Below, one piece after another: positions 13,361 to 26,086 of a stretch of 64,000 nt of DNA (position 1 is the stretch's first letter; every line of letters begins with the position of its first letter). This stretch comes from a phage. Below the pieces are notes generated by a model. The model saw nothing but the letters and a program-made list of their open reading frames with translations, had not been told where the DNA came from and did not search any database. The stretch lies in assembly GCA_020857175.1 (NCBI GenBank), contig GCA_020857175.1_3048.1. One strand, written 5' to 3'. Made by a program: the position numbers and the translations under genes.

Positions 13361-14014
13361 TTAATACTTGCAAGATTTCACAGTTTCAATGAAAACATTT
13401 TTAGCTTTCTGTGAATCAATATTTAAAATTTTTCTATAAGCTTTTAACTTTATAGAATAATTGTTCCAAACTAAATTATCAGTCTGTTCATCATGTTTAT
13501 CGATTATATTTAAAAACGAATCAAGCAAGATAAACGTCTCAAACGAAATTATGTTCGATTGCAGAAGTTTAAAAATATAACTTGACTGAACCTTTGGATT
13601 ATATTCAAAGATTTCTTTAAAAGCAGAAACTTCAACTTTTTTACTAAAATAATAAATGTTGCGAATATCTTCTTCAAACTTAAATTTAATTTGCTTTAAG
13701 CGTCCGATATATTCACGATAAAACACAAGTGCATCAGCGTCAGAGATGTCACCAATCCAAGCATCTTGGTTAGCAACCAAATTACTTATAAAGATTAAAG
13801 CAAGTTCCTTTAATTTATATTTTTCTGATAACTTCTGGAAAAAATACTTATCCCTTCGCTTTTGATAAGCGGCATCAGACACCCGCATGCACCAATTATA
13901 CTTAATTACATCATACTTTCCATTCATATGTTGTTTTATCATTAAGTATAATTTATAAACTGATTTACCATCAATGTATCTTTCACCACCAGCAGGCATG
14001 CGGAGTTTAATCAT
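13361..14014 (-). CDS. 59: helicase loader gp59, 217 aa
   Basis: Length and position match T4 gp59; ATG start; stop overlaps gene 33. Confidence 0.85.
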   Translation of the reverse strand: MIKLRMPAGGERYIDGKSVYKLYLMIKQHMNGKYDVIKYNWCMRVSDAAYQKRRDKYFFQKLSEKYKLKELALIFISNLVANQDAWIGDISDADALVFYREYIGRLKQIKFKFEEDIRNIYYFSKKVEVSAFKEIFEYNPKVQSSYIFKLLQSNIISFETFILLDSFLNIIDKHDEQTDNLVWNNYSIKLKAYRKILNIDSQKAKNVFIETVKSCKY

Positions 14015-14349
14015 AGCAGAAAATCTAATGTATTAGTTTTTTCACAACGAACAACAGAAGGACGTAAAAGATTTTCGTCAATGGCTTCTGACTGAATTTT
14101 TTCAATTATACCCGAAGGAATAAATTTAGCAAATTGAGTTTCAGGAATAGAGTTTTCTTCTAAGAATGCTGTTGTAGCTTCAAGATAACTCATTCCAAAC
14201 TCTTCTACCATTTTTTCAATAATAAATCCATTTTCTTGACGATCAAGAAGCTTTGCTATTTCATCCTTTTCTTTCTTGATTGAAAGTTCTTTTTCTGAAA
14301 GACCGGTCTCATCGACCGGACGAATGTCATTTAGAGAAAACTGTGTCAT
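14011..14349 (-). CDS. 33: late transcription co-activator gp33, 112 aa
   Basis: From ATG 14349: MTQFSLNDIRPVDETGLSEKE...; track start is TTG. Confidence 0.85.
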   Translation of the reverse strand: MTQFSLNDIRPVDETGLSEKELSIKKEKDEIAKLLDRQENGFIIEKMVEEFGMSYLEATTAFLEENSIPETQFAKFIPSGIIEKIQSEAIDENLLRPSVVRCEKTNTLDFLL

Positions 14350-14596
14350 AAAGTTCAACTACCTCTTCAGTTTCAGCTTCAAACACATCACGATTATCTT
14401 TATGATACAAAGCTAATAGACGATTAAACATCTTACCATCAACGCCAAGTTCATCTTTAGCACGAATTCGAATATCTTTAATCAGTTCATTATAACCGGA
14501 AATTTTCAGTTTATGATCAGATGCTTCTTTAATAAATTTAGCCAAGTCTTCGCCATGGATAGCTTCATCAAATTCAACCATTTCTTTTTTAGCCAT
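14327..14596 (-). CDS. dsbA: double-stranded DNA-binding protein DsbA, 89 aa
   Basis: 89-aa ORF between rnh and 33 as in T4. Confidence 0.8.
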   Translation of the reverse strand: MAKKEMVEFDEAIHGEDLAKFIKEASDHKLKISGYNELIKDIRIRAKDELGVDGKMFNRLLALYHKDNRDVFEAETEEVVELYDTVFSK

Positions 14597-14604
14597 TATT
14601 CACC

Positions 14605-15522
14605 TCAAAATTCATTAATGCTATTAGTTAATTTAGAAAGACCCGCTTTTACAAAATATGAATAAATTTTGCCACGCGGTGGTAATTTATATGAATTATA
14701 GTAATTCACAATGTTTGAAGCAATATTATCAGGAATATAATCAAAATCAATTAGAACTAAATTTTCTTTATAACGATTATACTCAGATTCTGAGAGAAGC
14801 ACCTTAGCTTGCTCACGGTCATTAGCAATAGCTTCAACGATTGAAGTTTTCATTGAAGGAGTTCGTTCACCTTCAACTCTGGTAAACCAAAAGTCAGATC
14901 GTACTTTAACTGAAGCAACGTTATCCTTTTTGTCACCCTTAAGAATTTTAGTCATACAATCAATTTCAGCAGAACCGCTTTTAATTTTAACCCATTTCTT
15001 GTGCATCGGTGACCATTGCTTAACATTTGGATATTTGTGAAGTTGAGTAAAGTCACCGTCCGATGAAATGATTAAAATCTTATGTCCTTCTAAAGAGAAC
15101 TTTTTAACAAGAACAGCAATGTGGTCATCTGCTTCATACTTATCAATATCCATAACAATGTATGGCATATAAGCTTTCAATTCATCTATAACTTTATGAC
15201 TGGATTCAAAATAACCTTCCCAGTCCCAAGTAGATTCTTCTCGTGCTTTTCCACGGTTTTTCTTGTAATAATACGCGAAATCACGACGCCAATATCCAGA
15301 TTTCGCGTTATCAATACACAGTACAATTTTAGTGTATCCAAGCGTTTTTGCTTTTTTGACATTAAACTTAATTGAGTTCAATATCAAATGACGAACCATT
15401 GATAAATTAATTTTTTCTTTATCTGGGAAGTTTACCAGAGCAGTTGAAAGAGCAATTTGACTAAAGTCAATAAAGCAAATTCCTTCTTTGTAATCTTCAT
15501 CCAGCATCATTTCTAAATCCAT
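14605..15522 (-). CDS. rnh: RNase H / 5'-3' flap exonuclease, 305 aa
   Basis: From ATG 15522: MDLEMMLDEDYKEGIC...; FEN-family acidic clusters; track start is TTG. Confidence 0.9.
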   Translation of the reverse strand: MDLEMMLDEDYKEGICFIDFSQIALSTALVNFPDKEKINLSMVRHLILNSIKFNVKKAKTLGYTKIVLCIDNAKSGYWRRDFAYYYKKNRGKAREESTWDWEGYFESSHKVIDELKAYMPYIVMDIDKYEADDHIAVLVKKFSLEGHKILIISSDGDFTQLHKYPNVKQWSPMHKKWVKIKSGSAEIDCMTKILKGDKKDNVASVKVRSDFWFTRVEGERTPSMKTSIVEAIANDREQAKVLLSESEYNRYKENLVLIDFDYIPDNIASNIVNYYNSYKLPPRGKIYSYFVKAGLSKLTNSINEF

Positions 15523-15584
15523 ATGAACCTCGTTCAATTAGTGAGATTTCTATTATATACTATCTAAATCTTAAAGTAAACAGG

Positions 15585-15592
15585 TATAAATA
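15585..15592 (+). promoter_or_regulatory. T4 late promoter (TATAAATA) for gene 34
   Basis: Exact TATAAATA about 35 nt upstream of the gene 34 ATG. Confidence 0.6.
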
Positions 15593-15626
15593 CTTATTAT
15601 TGAAAACACAATAGGAGCCCGGGAGA

Positions 15627-18600
15627 ATGGCCGAGATTAAAAGAAAGTTCAGAGCAGAAGATGGTCTGGACGCAGGTGGCGATAAAATAATCAACGTAGC
15701 TTTAGCTGATCGTACCGTAGGAACTGACGGTGTTAACGTTGATTACTTAATTCAAGAAAACACAGTTCAGCAATATGATCCAACTCGTGGATATTTAAAA
15801 GATTTTGTAATCATTTATAATAATCGTTTTTGGGCAGCAACGGATAATATTCCAAAACCTGCTGGAAATTTTAATAGAATTCGTTGGAAAGCATTACGTA
15901 CTGATGCCGTATATACAACCGTATCATCTGGACCATATCAATTAAAATCCGGAGAAGCAATTTCAGTAGATACATCAGTTGGCAATGACATTGAGTTTAC
16001 TTTACCACCTTCTCCGCTTGATGGAGAAACCGTAATAATTCAAGATATCGGTGGAAAACCTGGCATAAATCAGGTTAAAATAAATTCTTCAAATCAGAGT
16101 ATTGTCGTCAATTTTAGAGGTGAACAGGTACGTTCAGTTTTAATGACTCATCCAAAGTCACAGATGGTATTCATTTTTAATAATCGTTTGTGGCAAATGT
16201 ATATTGCTGATTATAGCAGAGAAGCTGCGATTGTTACTCCATCGACTGCATATCAAGCACAATCTAATGATTTTATCGTACGTAGATTTACTTCTGCTGC
16301 ACCAATTAATGTTAAACTTCCGAGATTTGCTAATCATGGCGATATTATTAATTTCGTTGATTTAGATAAACTGAATCCACTTTATCATACAATTGTTACT
16401 ACATACGATGAAACGACTTCAGTACAAGAAGTTGGAACTCATTCCATTGAAGGCCGTACATCGATTGACGGTTTCTTGATGTTTGACGATAATGAGAAAT
16501 TGTGGAGATTGTTTGACGGGGATAGTAAAGCACGTTTACGCATTATAACAACTAATTCAAATATTCGTCCAAATGAAGAAGTCATGGTATTTGGCGCGAA
16601 TAATGGAACAACCCAAACAATTGAACTTCAGCTTCCGACTGATATTTCTGTTGGTGATACTGTTAAAATTTCCATGAATTACATGAGAAAAGGACAAACA
16701 GTTAAAATCAAAGCTGCTGGTGAAGATAAAATTGCTTCTTCAGTTCAATTGCTGCAATTCCCAAAATGTTCAGAATATCCGCCTGAAGCTGAATGGGTAA
16801 CAGTTCAAGAATTAGTTTTTAATGGTGAAACTAATTATGTACCAGTTTTGCAACTTGCTTATATAGAAGATTCTGATGGAAAATACTGGGTTGTACAGCA
16901 AAACGTTCCAACAGTTGAAAGAGTCGATTCTTTAAATAATTCTACTAGAGCAAGATTAGGCGTAATTGCTTTAGCTACACAAGCTCAAGCAAATGCTGAT
17001 TTAGAAAATTCTCCGCAAAAAGAATTGGCAATTACTCCAGAAACGTTAGCTAATCGTACTGCTACTGAAACTCGCAGAGGTATTGCAAGAATAGCAACTA
17101 CTGCTCAAGTAAATCAGAACACCACATTCTCTTTTGCAGATGACCTTATCATCACTCCTAAAAAGCTGAATGAAAGAACTGCTACAGAAACTCGTAGAGG
17201 TGTCGCTGAAATTGCTACGCAGCAGGAAACTAATACAGGTACTGATGATACTACAATCATCACTCCTAAAAAGCTTCAAGCTCGTCAAGGTTCTGAATCA
17301 TTATCTGGTATTGTAACTTTTGTATCTACCGCAGGAGCTACTCCAGCTTCTAGTCGTGAATTAAATGGTACGAATGTTTATAATAAAAACACTAATAATT
17401 TAGTTGTTTCACCTAAAGCTTTGGATCAGTATAAAGCTACTCCAACGCAACAAGGCGCAGTAATTTTAGCAGTTGAAAGTGAAGTAATTGCTGGACAAAG
17501 CCAAGAAGGATGGGCAAATGCGGTTGTAACGCCAGAAACGTTACATAAAAAGACATCAACTGATGCAAGAATTGGTTTAATTGAAATTGCTACGCAAAGT
17601 GAAGTTAATACAGGAACTGATTATACTCGCGCAGTCACTCCTAAAACTTTAAATGACCGTAGAGCAACTGAAAGTTTAAGTGGTATAGCTGAAATTGCTA
17701 CGCAAGTTGAATTCGACGCAGGCGTCGACGATACTCGTATCTCTACACCATTAAAAATTAAAACCAGATTTAATAGTACTGATCGTACTTCTGTTGTTGC
17801 TCTATCTGGATTAGTTGAATCAGGAACTCTCTGGGACCATTATACCCTTAATATTCTTGAAGCAAATGAGACACAGCGTGGTACACTTCGTGTAGCTACA
17901 CAAGTTGAAGCTGCTGCAGGAACATTAGATAATGTTTTAATAACTCCTAAAAAGCTTTTAGGTACTAAATCTACCGAATCGCAAGAAGGTGTTATTAAAG
18001 TTGCAACTCAGTCTGAAACTGTGACTGGAACGTCAGCAAATACTGCTGTATCTCCAAAAAATTTAAAATGGATTGTGCAGAGTGAACCAACTTGGGCAGC
18101 AACTACTCTGATAAGAGGGTTTGTTAAAACTTCTTCTGGTTCATTAACGTTTGTTGGTAATGATACGGTAGGTTCAACACAGCCATTAGAATCATATGAG
18201 AAAAATGGTTATGCAGTATCACCATATGAATTAAATCGCGTATTAGCAAATTATTTGCCATTAAAAGCAAAAGCTGTAGATAGTAATTTATTAGATGGTC
18301 TAGATTCGCTCCAGTTCATTCGTAGGGACATTGCACAAACAGTTAATGGTTCACTAACCTTAACCCAACAAACGAATCTGGGTGCCCCTCTTGTATCATC
18401 TAGTACTGCTACATTCGGTGGATCAGTTTCAGCAAATAGTACATTAACTATTTCTAATACTGGAACGGCAACTCGTCTGATTTTTGAGAAAGGACCTCAA
18501 ACTGGAACAAACCCGGCTCAAACGATGACAGTCAGAGTGTGGGGAAATCAATTTAGCGGGGAATCAGACACAACACGTTCTACCGTATTTGAAGTTAGTG

Positions 18601-19499
18601 ATGAAACGTCTAGTCATTTTTATTCTCAGCGTAATAAAGCTGGAAATATAACATTTAATATCAACGGTACAGTAACACCGATAAATGTTAATGCTTCAGG
18701 AACATTGAATGCAAATGGTGTAGCAACATTTGGTAATTCAGTCACTGCAACTGGTGAAATTATTTCTCGAAGCGCAAATGCTTTCCGTGCTATTAACGGA
18801 AATTATGGTTTCATTGTTCGCAATGATGGATCAGTAACGAATTTTATGCTTACTGCATCGGGTGATCAGACTGGTGGATTTAATGGATTACGTCCTTTAG
18901 CTATTAATAATGCATCTGGCCAAGTAACGATTGGTGAAAGCTTAATCATTGCCAAAGGTGCTACTATAAATTCAGGCGGTTTGACTGTTAACTCGAGAAT
19001 TCGTTCTCAGGGCACTAAAACATCTGATTTATACACCCGCGCTCCAACATCTGATACTGTAGGATTCTGGTCAATTGATATTAACGATTCAGCCACTTAT
19101 AACCAGTTCCCGGGTTATTTTAAAATGGTTGAAAAAACTAATGAAGTGACTGGGCTTCCATACTTAGAACGTGGCGAAGAAGTTAAATCTCCTGGTACAT
19201 TGACTCAGTTTGGTAACACACTTGATTCGCTTTACCAAGATTGGATTACTTATCCAACGACCCCAGAAGCACGTACCACTCGCTGGACGCGTACATGGCA
19301 GAAAACTAAAAATTCTTGGTCAAGTTTTGTTCAGGTATTTGATGGAGGTAACCCTCCTCAACCTTCGGATATAGGAGCAATCCCATCTGATAATGGAATA
19401 ATAGGTAATCTTACTATTCGTGATTTCTTACGAATTGGTAATGTTCGCATTATTCCTGACCCAGTGAATAAAACTGTTAAATTTGAATGGGTTGAATAA
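15627..19499 (+). CDS. 34: long tail fibre proximal subunit gp34, 1290 aa
   Basis: Length (T4: 1289 aa), position and repeated ...ATETRRG(I/V)A(E/R)IAT... motifs. Confidence 0.9.
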   Translation: MAEIKRKFRAEDGLDAGGDKIINVALADRTVGTDGVNVDYLIQENTVQQYDPTRGYLKDFVIIYNNRFWAATDNIPKPAGNFNRIRWKALRTDAVYTTVSSGPYQLKSGEAISVDTSVGNDIEFTLPPSPLDGETVIIQDIGGKPGINQVKINSSNQSIVVNFRGEQVRSVLMTHPKSQMVFIFNNRLWQMYIADYSREAAIVTPSTAYQAQSNDFIVRRFTSAAPINVKLPRFANHGDIINFVDLDKLNPLYHTIVTTYDETTSVQEVGTHSIEGRTSIDGFLMFDDNEKLWRLFDGDSKARLRIITTNSNIRPNEEVMVFGANNGTTQTIELQLPTDISVGDTVKISMNYMRKGQTVKIKAAGEDKIASSVQLLQFPKCSEYPPEAEWVTVQELVFNGETNYVPVLQLAYIEDSDGKYWVVQQNVPTVERVDSLNNSTRARLGVIALATQAQANADLENSPQKELAITPETLANRTATETRRGIARIATTAQVNQNTTFSFADDLIITPKKLNERTATETRRGVAEIATQQETNTGTDDTTIITPKKLQARQGSESLSGIVTFVSTAGATPASSRELNGTNVYNKNTNNLVVSPKALDQYKATPTQQGAVILAVESEVIAGQSQEGWANAVVTPETLHKKTSTDARIGLIEIATQSEVNTGTDYTRAVTPKTLNDRRATESLSGIAEIATQVEFDAGVDDTRISTPLKIKTRFNSTDRTSVVALSGLVESGTLWDHYTLNILEANETQRGTLRVATQVEAAAGTLDNVLITPKKLLGTKSTESQEGVIKVATQSETVTGTSANTAVSPKNLKWIVQSEPTWAATTLIRGFVKTSSGSLTFVGNDTVGSTQPLESYEKNGYAVSPYELNRVLANYLPLKAKAVDSNLLDGLDSLQFIRRDIAQTVNGSLTLTQQTNLGAPLVSSSTATFGGSVSANSTLTISNTGTATRLIFEKGPQTGTNPAQTMTVRVWGNQFSGESDTTRSTVFEVSDETSSHFYSQRNKAGNITFNINGTVTPINVNASGTLNANGVATFGNSVTATGEIISRSANAFRAINGNYGFIVRNDGSVTNFMLTASGDQTGGFNGLRPLAINNASGQVTIGESLIIAKGATINSGGLTVNSRIRSQGTKTSDLYTRAPTSDTVGFWSIDINDSATYNQFPGYFKMVEKTNEVTGLPYLERGEEVKSPGTLTQFGNTLDSLYQDWITYPTTPEARTTRWTRTWQKTKNSWSSFVQVFDGGNPPQPSDIGAIPSDNGIIGNLTIRDFLRIGNVRIIPDPVNKTVKFEWVE

Positions 19500-19507
19500 G
19501 AGGTATT

Positions 19508-20623
19508 ATGGAAAAATTTATGGCAGAGTTTGGACAAGGATACGTCCAAACGCCATTTTTATCGGAAAGTAATTCAGTAAGATACAAAATAAGCATAGCG
19601 GGTTCTTGCCCGCTTTCTACTGCGGGGCCATATGTTAAATTTCAGGATAATCCCGTTGGAAATCAAACATTTAGTGCAGGTCTTCATTTAAGAGTTTTTG
19701 ACCCTTCTACGGGAGCATTAGTTGATAGCAAGTCATATGCTTTTTCTGCTTCAAACAATACAACATCTGCCGCTTTTGTCAGTTTCATGAATTCTTTGTC
19801 AAACAATAGACTTGTTGCTATATTAACTAGCGGAAAGGTTAATTTTCCTCCTGAAGTGGTATCTTGGTTAAGGGGAGCAGGAACTTCAGTTTTTCCATCA
19901 GATTCAGTATTGTCAAGATTTGACGTATCATATGCTGCTTTTTATACTTCTTCTAAAAGAGCTATTGCATTAGAGCATGTTAAACTAAGTAATAGAAAAA
20001 GCACAGATGATTATCAAACTATTTTAGATGTTGTATTTGATAGTTTAGAAGACGTCGGAGCGACAGGATTTCCAAAAAGAACTTATGAAAGTGTAGAGCA
20101 ATTCATGTCAGCAGTTGGTGGAACTAATAACGAAATTGCGCGATTGCCAACTTCAGCTGCTATAAGTAAACTTTCTGACTATAATTTAATTCCTGGTGAT
20201 GTTCTTTATCTTAAAGCACAGTTATATGCTGATGCTGATTTACTTGATCTTGGAACTACAAACATATCCATTCGTTTTTATGATGCATCAAATGGATATA
20301 TTTCCTCGACCCAAGCTGAGTTTACTGGGCAAGCTGGGTCTTGGGAATTAAAAGAAGACTATGTAGTTGTTCCAGAAAACGCCGTAGGATTTACGATATA
20401 TGCACAAAGAACTGCTCAAGCAGGTCAAGGCGGCATGAGAAATTTAAGTTTTTCTGAAGTATCAAGAAATGGCGGCATTTCAAAACCTGCCGAATTTGGC
20501 GTCAACGGTATTCGCGTTAATTATGTCTGTGAATCGGCTTCACCTCCAGATATAATGGTACTTCCTACACAAGCCTCTTCTAAAACTGGCAAAGTGTTTG
20601 GACAGGAATTTAGAGAAGTTTAA
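19508..20623 (+). CDS. 35: long tail fibre hinge connector gp35, 371 aa
   Basis: Position and length (T4 gp35 372 aa). Confidence 0.85.
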   Translation: MEKFMAEFGQGYVQTPFLSESNSVRYKISIAGSCPLSTAGPYVKFQDNPVGNQTFSAGLHLRVFDPSTGALVDSKSYAFSASNNTTSAAFVSFMNSLSNNRLVAILTSGKVNFPPEVVSWLRGAGTSVFPSDSVLSRFDVSYAAFYTSSKRAIALEHVKLSNRKSTDDYQTILDVVFDSLEDVGATGFPKRTYESVEQFMSAVGGTNNEIARLPTSAAISKLSDYNLIPGDVLYLKAQLYADADLLDLGTTNISIRFYDASNGYISSTQAEFTGQAGSWELKEDYVVVPENAVGFTIYAQRTAQAGQGGMRNLSFSEVSRNGGISKPAEFGVNGIRVNYVCESASPPDIMVLPTQASSKTGKVFGQEFREV

Positions 20624-20628
20624 ACTGA

Positions 20629-20655
20629 GGGAGCCTTCGGGTTCCCTTTTTCTTT
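20629..20655 (+). terminator. rho-independent terminator after gene 35
   Basis: GGGAGCC-TTCG-GGTTCCC hairpin then TTTTTCTTT. Confidence 0.55.
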
Positions 20656-20662
20656 ATAAATA
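20655..20662 (+). promoter_or_regulatory. T4 late promoter (TATAAATA) for gene 36
   Basis: Exact TATAAATA about 24 nt upstream of the gene 36 ATG. Confidence 0.6.
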
Positions 20663-20685
20663 ATATTAAAATAAAGGGGCATATA

Positions 20686-21336
20686 ATGGCTGATTTAAAA
20701 GTAGGTTCAACTGTGGGTGGATCTGTCATTTGGCATCAAGGAAATTTTCCATTGAATTCAGCCGGTGACGATGTACTCTACAAATCATTTAAAATATATT
20801 CAGAATATAATAAACCGCAGGCAGCTGATAACGATTTCGTTTCTAAAGCTAATGGTGGTACTTACGCCGGTCCAATTACTATTAATTACGGGGTAAATAG
20901 TTATCTTCAATTAAGTAATAATGAAACCCCTATCCGAATTCGTTCTGGTGGCGGCACTGGTAATACTCTTGTAGTTGGCGGCTCTTCCGGTGGTATTAGT
21001 TTTAGACCTGCAGGTAGTGAAATCACTACTGGACAAATTACTATTACGCCAGAAGGTTTGACAACATTTACCAGGGCTGTAACGGCTCCATCGGTAACTG
21101 TTACATCTACTCCTTCCGCAGCATCTGATGTTACTCGCAAAGATTATGTTGATGGAGCAATAAATACTGTTACAGCAAATGCAAACTCTAGGGTATTACG
21201 CTCTGGAGACACTATGACAGGAAATTTAACTGCGCCAAACCTTTTTTCACAGAATCCTGCATCTCAACCTTCACACGTTCCACGATTTGACCAAATCGTA
21301 ATTAAGGATTCTGTTCAAGATTTCGGCTATTATTAA
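20686..21336 (+). CDS. 36: long tail fibre distal connector gp36, 216 aa
   Basis: Position and length (T4 gp36 221 aa). Confidence 0.85.
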   Translation: MADLKVGSTVGGSVIWHQGNFPLNSAGDDVLYKSFKIYSEYNKPQAADNDFVSKANGGTYAGPITINYGVNSYLQLSNNETPIRIRSGGGTGNTLVVGGSSGGISFRPAGSEITTGQITITPEGLTTFTRAVTAPSVTVTSTPSAASDVTRKDYVDGAINTVTANANSRVLRSGDTMTGNLTAPNLFSQNPASQPSHVPRFDQIVIKDSVQDFGYY

Positions 21337-21344
21337 GAGGACTT

Positions 21345-24293
21345 ATGGCTACTTTAAAACAAATACAATTTAAAAGAAGCAAAACTGCAGGTCAACGTCC
21401 TGCTGCTTCAGTATTAGCCGAAGGTGAATTGGCTATAAACTTAAAAGATAAAACAATTTTCACAAAAGATGACTCAGGTAGTGTTATAGAATTAGGTTTA
21501 AAATATGGAGGAACTATAAATGGGTCTTTAGAGGTTACAAAAAATATAACTGGAACTTTAATTGGAAATTCTAGCACAGCTACTAAATTGCAAACACCTA
21601 GGAAAATTAATGGTATATCTTTTGATGGGTCAAAGGACATTACCTTAACTCCATCTGACATAAATGTCAATAGCACAACATTTATAAAAAATAATGGCGA
21701 ATTACCTACTGATGCTAATTTAGATACGTATGGGCCCATTGAAGAATATCTTGGTGTTTGGTCGAAATCTACTTCAACAAATGCGCAACCAGCAAATAAA
21801 TTCCCAGAAGAAAATGCCGTAGGTGTACTAGAAGTGTTTGTGACCGGCAAATTTGCTGGCACTCAGCGTTATACTGTAAGATCTGGTAACGTCTATATTC
21901 GTTCCTTATCTGCTAAATGGAATGGCGTCGATGGTCCATGGGGTGTGTGGCGTAATGTTCAAGCGTCAACTCGTCCACTTTCACAAACGATTGACCTTGA
22001 TAGCTTGGGAGAATTAGAACATTGTGGCTTATGGCGAAACAGTTCAAGCGCAATCGCATCATTTGATCGCCATTATCCAGAAGAAGGATCAGCCGCACAA
22101 GGATTTTTAGAAATATTTGAAGGTGGTTTATACACGAGAACTCAGCGTTATACTACCCGCATGGGTATGGTTTATACTCGTTGTCTCGCTGCTGCATGGG
22201 ATGCTAGTGCACCTAAGTGGGAGGAATGGAAGCAGGTTGGTCATGGCACACCAGCGACTTTCTATGATGGAGATCTGAATGATTTTAAAACTCCCGGGTT
22301 ATATAATATTTTAGACACTGATGCCGTTATTAACTGTCCTACAGGTGAAGGTTTGCCGACTGTTATTGTTGGTTTGCTGGAAGTTAAACAGCGTGCTTCT
22401 GGCGGTGCTATTTTCCAACGTTTCACTACCGCAGGAACGGGTGCAACTACTCGCGATCGTATTTTTGAGCGTGCATATACTGGTGGTGCGTGGGGTGCAT
22501 GGAACGAAGTATATACATCTTATTCTCTGCCAATTACTTTGGGTATGGGTGGTATTAAAGCTCAATTAGCGGAGTTAGATTGGCAAACCTTTGATTTTGT
22601 CCCTGGTAGTATGTTTAGTGTTCCTTTGAACAAAATAAAGAATATGCCAGCAAATATGGATTGGGGCACGATTGATAGAAACCTGGTTATGTTTTCTGTC
22701 GGTCCTAGCGAACATACCGGAACGGGTCGAACTGTTCAAGTGTGGAGCGGTACTGTATCTCAGGCGAACTATCGTTATTTCGTTGTTCGTATCGCTGGTA
22801 ATCCAGGAAGTAGGACTAATACTTGTCGTCGTGTTGTTCTTGAAGACGGATCACATACTTGGACTGCTCAACAAAACTTTAGGGGATTGCTGAATATCAC
22901 TGCTGCTGTTAATCTTGGTGCTAATCAGAAAATTTCACTTGCTCCAGGAGCATATATTCAAGCCCCTGCTAGCGGTTCTGGTTCTAATACTTACGCAAAT
23001 CAGAATACTACCATTGCGCCATTATATCAGGCTATTGACGATTCAAATAAAAACCAGTTTGCGCCAATTGTTAAACAGAAAAACACTGTAACAAATATTA
23101 CTATGGCTTCTGGTATGGATATTGCTAGTTCAGAATATCGTATCGTTGCTCAGGGTGATTTATCCGCTACTGGAACTACAGCCACTAAATTAGCTACATG
23201 GCGTTTCTTGCCGTCTGGCCGATTCATGTCACAAAGCCGAGTTTATGCTGGCGCAGCATTCTTGAACACTGATGGTAACATTGCTGGTTCAATCTGGAAG
23301 AAATACAACGATGCAACCAATTTAGATGCTGCCTTGAATACTCGCCTAGGTAAAGGCGGTGATACGATGACAGGTCGGTTAACAATCAATGCACCTAATG
23401 ATTCTATTGTATTATCAACAACTGCTAGTAATTCTTTGCATATTCGCGGTGACATAGACGGGACTGGTAACTGGTATATTGGCAAGGGTGGTGCTGATAA
23501 TTCGCTAGCATTTTATAGCTATGCTTCTCAGGCGGCAGTACATATCACAAACAATGGTGAGATTGCGTTAAACCCGCAAAATACCGCAATGGTTAACGTT
23601 AACCGTGACCGTGTACACATTAACGGTTCTGGATGGATTGCTAGACAACCGGGTGATTGGGGCAACCAATGGCGAGTAGAAGCTCCATTATTCGTTGATC
23701 ATGGTTATGTTGGTCAAGATAGTTATTATCCTATTCTTAAAGCAAGAAGCGTTATAACCAATCAAGGATATAGCACCGCTGTTGACTTTGGTATGCGTCG
23801 TATTCCATCACAGTGGGGGCAAGCAATCATTCGTGTCGGATCCACGGAGGCTTCTCCTGATGCTGGACACCCACAAGCTGTGTTTGAATTCCATCATGAT
23901 GGATTCTTTTATACACCAGGAAATGGTAGCTTTAGCGATGTGTATATTCGTTCTGACTCCCGTCTCAAGATTAATAAAGAAGAATTAGAATATGGAGCAG
24001 TCGAAAAAGTTTGCCGACTGAAAGTTTATATTTACGATAAAGTTAAGTCTATTAAAGACCGTAGTGTTATTAAACGTGAAGTTGGTATTATTGCTCAGGA
24101 CCTTGAAAAGGAATTACCGGAAGCTGTATCTAAAGTTGAAGTTGATGGATCTGATGTTCTGACAATTTCTAACTCTGCTGTGAATGCTCTTTTAATTAAG
24201 GCTATTCAGGAAATGAGTGAAGAAATTAAAGAATTGAAAACGCCTCTCTTTACTAAAATTGCTCGCAAAATTAGTAAATATTTTAAATTCTAA
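21345..24293 (+). CDS. 37: long tail fibre distal subunit gp37, 982 aa, with C-terminal intramolecular-chaperone-like domain
   Basis: Conserved N-terminus [20 protein letters not shown]; C-terminal ...[16 protein letters not shown]... resembles self-cleaving chaperone domains. Confidence 0.85.
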   Translation: MATLKQIQFKRSKTAGQRPAASVLAEGELAINLKDKTIFTKDDSGSVIELGLKYGGTINGSLEVTKNITGTLIGNSSTATKLQTPRKINGISFDGSKDITLTPSDINVNSTTFIKNNGELPTDANLDTYGPIEEYLGVWSKSTSTNAQPANKFPEENAVGVLEVFVTGKFAGTQRYTVRSGNVYIRSLSAKWNGVDGPWGVWRNVQASTRPLSQTIDLDSLGELEHCGLWRNSSSAIASFDRHYPEEGSAAQGFLEIFEGGLYTRTQRYTTRMGMVYTRCLAAAWDASAPKWEEWKQVGHGTPATFYDGDLNDFKTPGLYNILDTDAVINCPTGEGLPTVIVGLLEVKQRASGGAIFQRFTTAGTGATTRDRIFERAYTGGAWGAWNEVYTSYSLPITLGMGGIKAQLAELDWQTFDFVPGSMFSVPLNKIKNMPANMDWGTIDRNLVMFSVGPSEHTGTGRTVQVWSGTVSQANYRYFVVRIAGNPGSRTNTCRRVVLEDGSHTWTAQQNFRGLLNITAAVNLGANQKISLAPGAYIQAPASGSGSNTYANQNTTIAPLYQAIDDSNKNQFAPIVKQKNTVTNITMASGMDIASSEYRIVAQGDLSATGTTATKLATWRFLPSGRFMSQSRVYAGAAFLNTDGNIAGSIWKKYNDATNLDAALNTRLGKGGDTMTGRLTINAPNDSIVLSTTASNSLHIRGDIDGTGNWYIGKGGADNSLAFYSYASQAAVHITNNGEIALNPQNTAMVNVNRDRVHINGSGWIARQPGDWGNQWRVEAPLFVDHGYVGQDSYYPILKARSVITNQGYSTAVDFGMRRIPSQWGQAIIRVGSTEASPDAGHPQAVFEFHHDGFFYTPGNGSFSDVYIRSDSRLKINKEELEYGAVEKVCRLKVYIYDKVKSIKDRSVIKREVGIIAQDLEKELPEAVSKVEVDGSDVLTISNSAVNALLIKAIQEMSEEIKELKTPLFTKIARKISKYFKF

Positions 24294-24326
24294 CAACAAG
24301 GGGGAAATGCCCCCTTTGGAGTATAA

Positions 24327-25112
<786 letters not shown>

Positions 25113-25144
25113 TTTTTGAATAAATATCCTTAAAAGGAGGGTCT

Positions 25145-25801
25145 ATGGCAGCACCTAGAATATCATTTTCGCCCTCTGATATTCTATTTGGTGTTCTAGA
25201 TCGCTTGTTCAAAGATAACGCTACCGGGAAAGTTCTTGCTTCCCGGGTAGCTGTCGTAATTCTTTTGTTTATGATGGCGATTGTTTGGTATAGGGGAGAT
25301 AGTTTCTTTGAGTACTATAAACAATCAAAGTATGAAACATACAGTGAAATTATTGAAAAGGAAAGAAATGCACGCTTTGAATCTGTCGCCCTGGAACAAC
25401 TCCAGATAGTTCACATATCATCTGAGGCAGACTTTAGTGCGGTGTATTCTTTCCGCCCTAAAAACTTAAACTATTTTGTCGATATTATAGCATATGAAGG
25501 AAAATTACCTTCAACAATAAGTGAAAAATCACTTGGAGGATATCCTGTTGATAAAACTATGGATGAATATGCAGTTCATTTAAATGGACGTCATTATTAT
25601 TCCAACTCAAAATTTGCTTTTTTACCAACTAAAAAGCCTACTCCCGAAATAAACTACATGTACAGTTGTCCATATTTTAATTTGGATAATATCTATGCTG
25701 GAACGATAACCATGTACTGGTATAGAAATGATCATATAAGTAATGACCGCCTTGAATCAATATGTTCTCAGGCGGCCAGAATATTAGGAAGGGCTAAATA
25801 A
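25145..25801 (+). CDS. t: holin T, 218 aa
   Basis: Single N-terminal TM segment plus large periplasmic domain; matches T4 T length and position; strong SD. Confidence 0.9.
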   Translation: MAAPRISFSPSDILFGVLDRLFKDNATGKVLASRVAVVILLFMMAIVWYRGDSFFEYYKQSKYETYSEIIEKERNARFESVALEQLQIVHISSEADFSAVYSFRPKNLNYFVDIIAYEGKLPSTISEKSLGGYPVDKTMDEYAVHLNGRHYYSNSKFAFLPTKKPTPEINYMYSCPYFNLDNIYAGTITMYWYRNDHISNDRLESICSQAARILGRAK

Positions 25802-26074
25802 TTATTTGTTCGTATACATCTCTAGATATCGATATACACCCTCAAAACCCTCGTTGAATTCGTCGATGAGGGTTTTCTTATCTTCTTGAGTTAATTCAGA
25901 AACAATTTTACGGAATGAATTCTGATTTAATTTTCTACCTTCATGCGTTACTCCAATCTCATTCAGAAATGCAATAAAATTAGCACGATTTTCAACAATA
26001 TCTTCTCTGGAAAATTTAATTAAAATAGACGCAACAGTAATAATTTCACGAACTGTATCAATATTTTTATTCAT
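25802..26074 (-). CDS. asiA: anti-sigma70 factor AsiA, 90 aa
   Basis: MNKNIDTVREIITVASILIKFSREDIVENRANFIAFLNEIGVTHEGRKLNQN... matches T4 AsiA. Confidence 0.9.
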   Translation of the reverse strand: MNKNIDTVREIITVASILIKFSREDIVENRANFIAFLNEIGVTHEGRKLNQNSFRKIVSELTQEDKKTLIDEFNEGFEGVYRYLEMYTNK

Positions 26075-26086
26075 TAACTATACCAC

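Noticed and set aside
17046-17288. Antisense ORFs inside tail-fibre genes (17046..17288, 20907..21140, 21392..21862, 22311..22565, 23243..23485 and others)
   Set aside because: Embedded in long, well-supported late genes on the other strand; no SD or promoter; compositionally biased.
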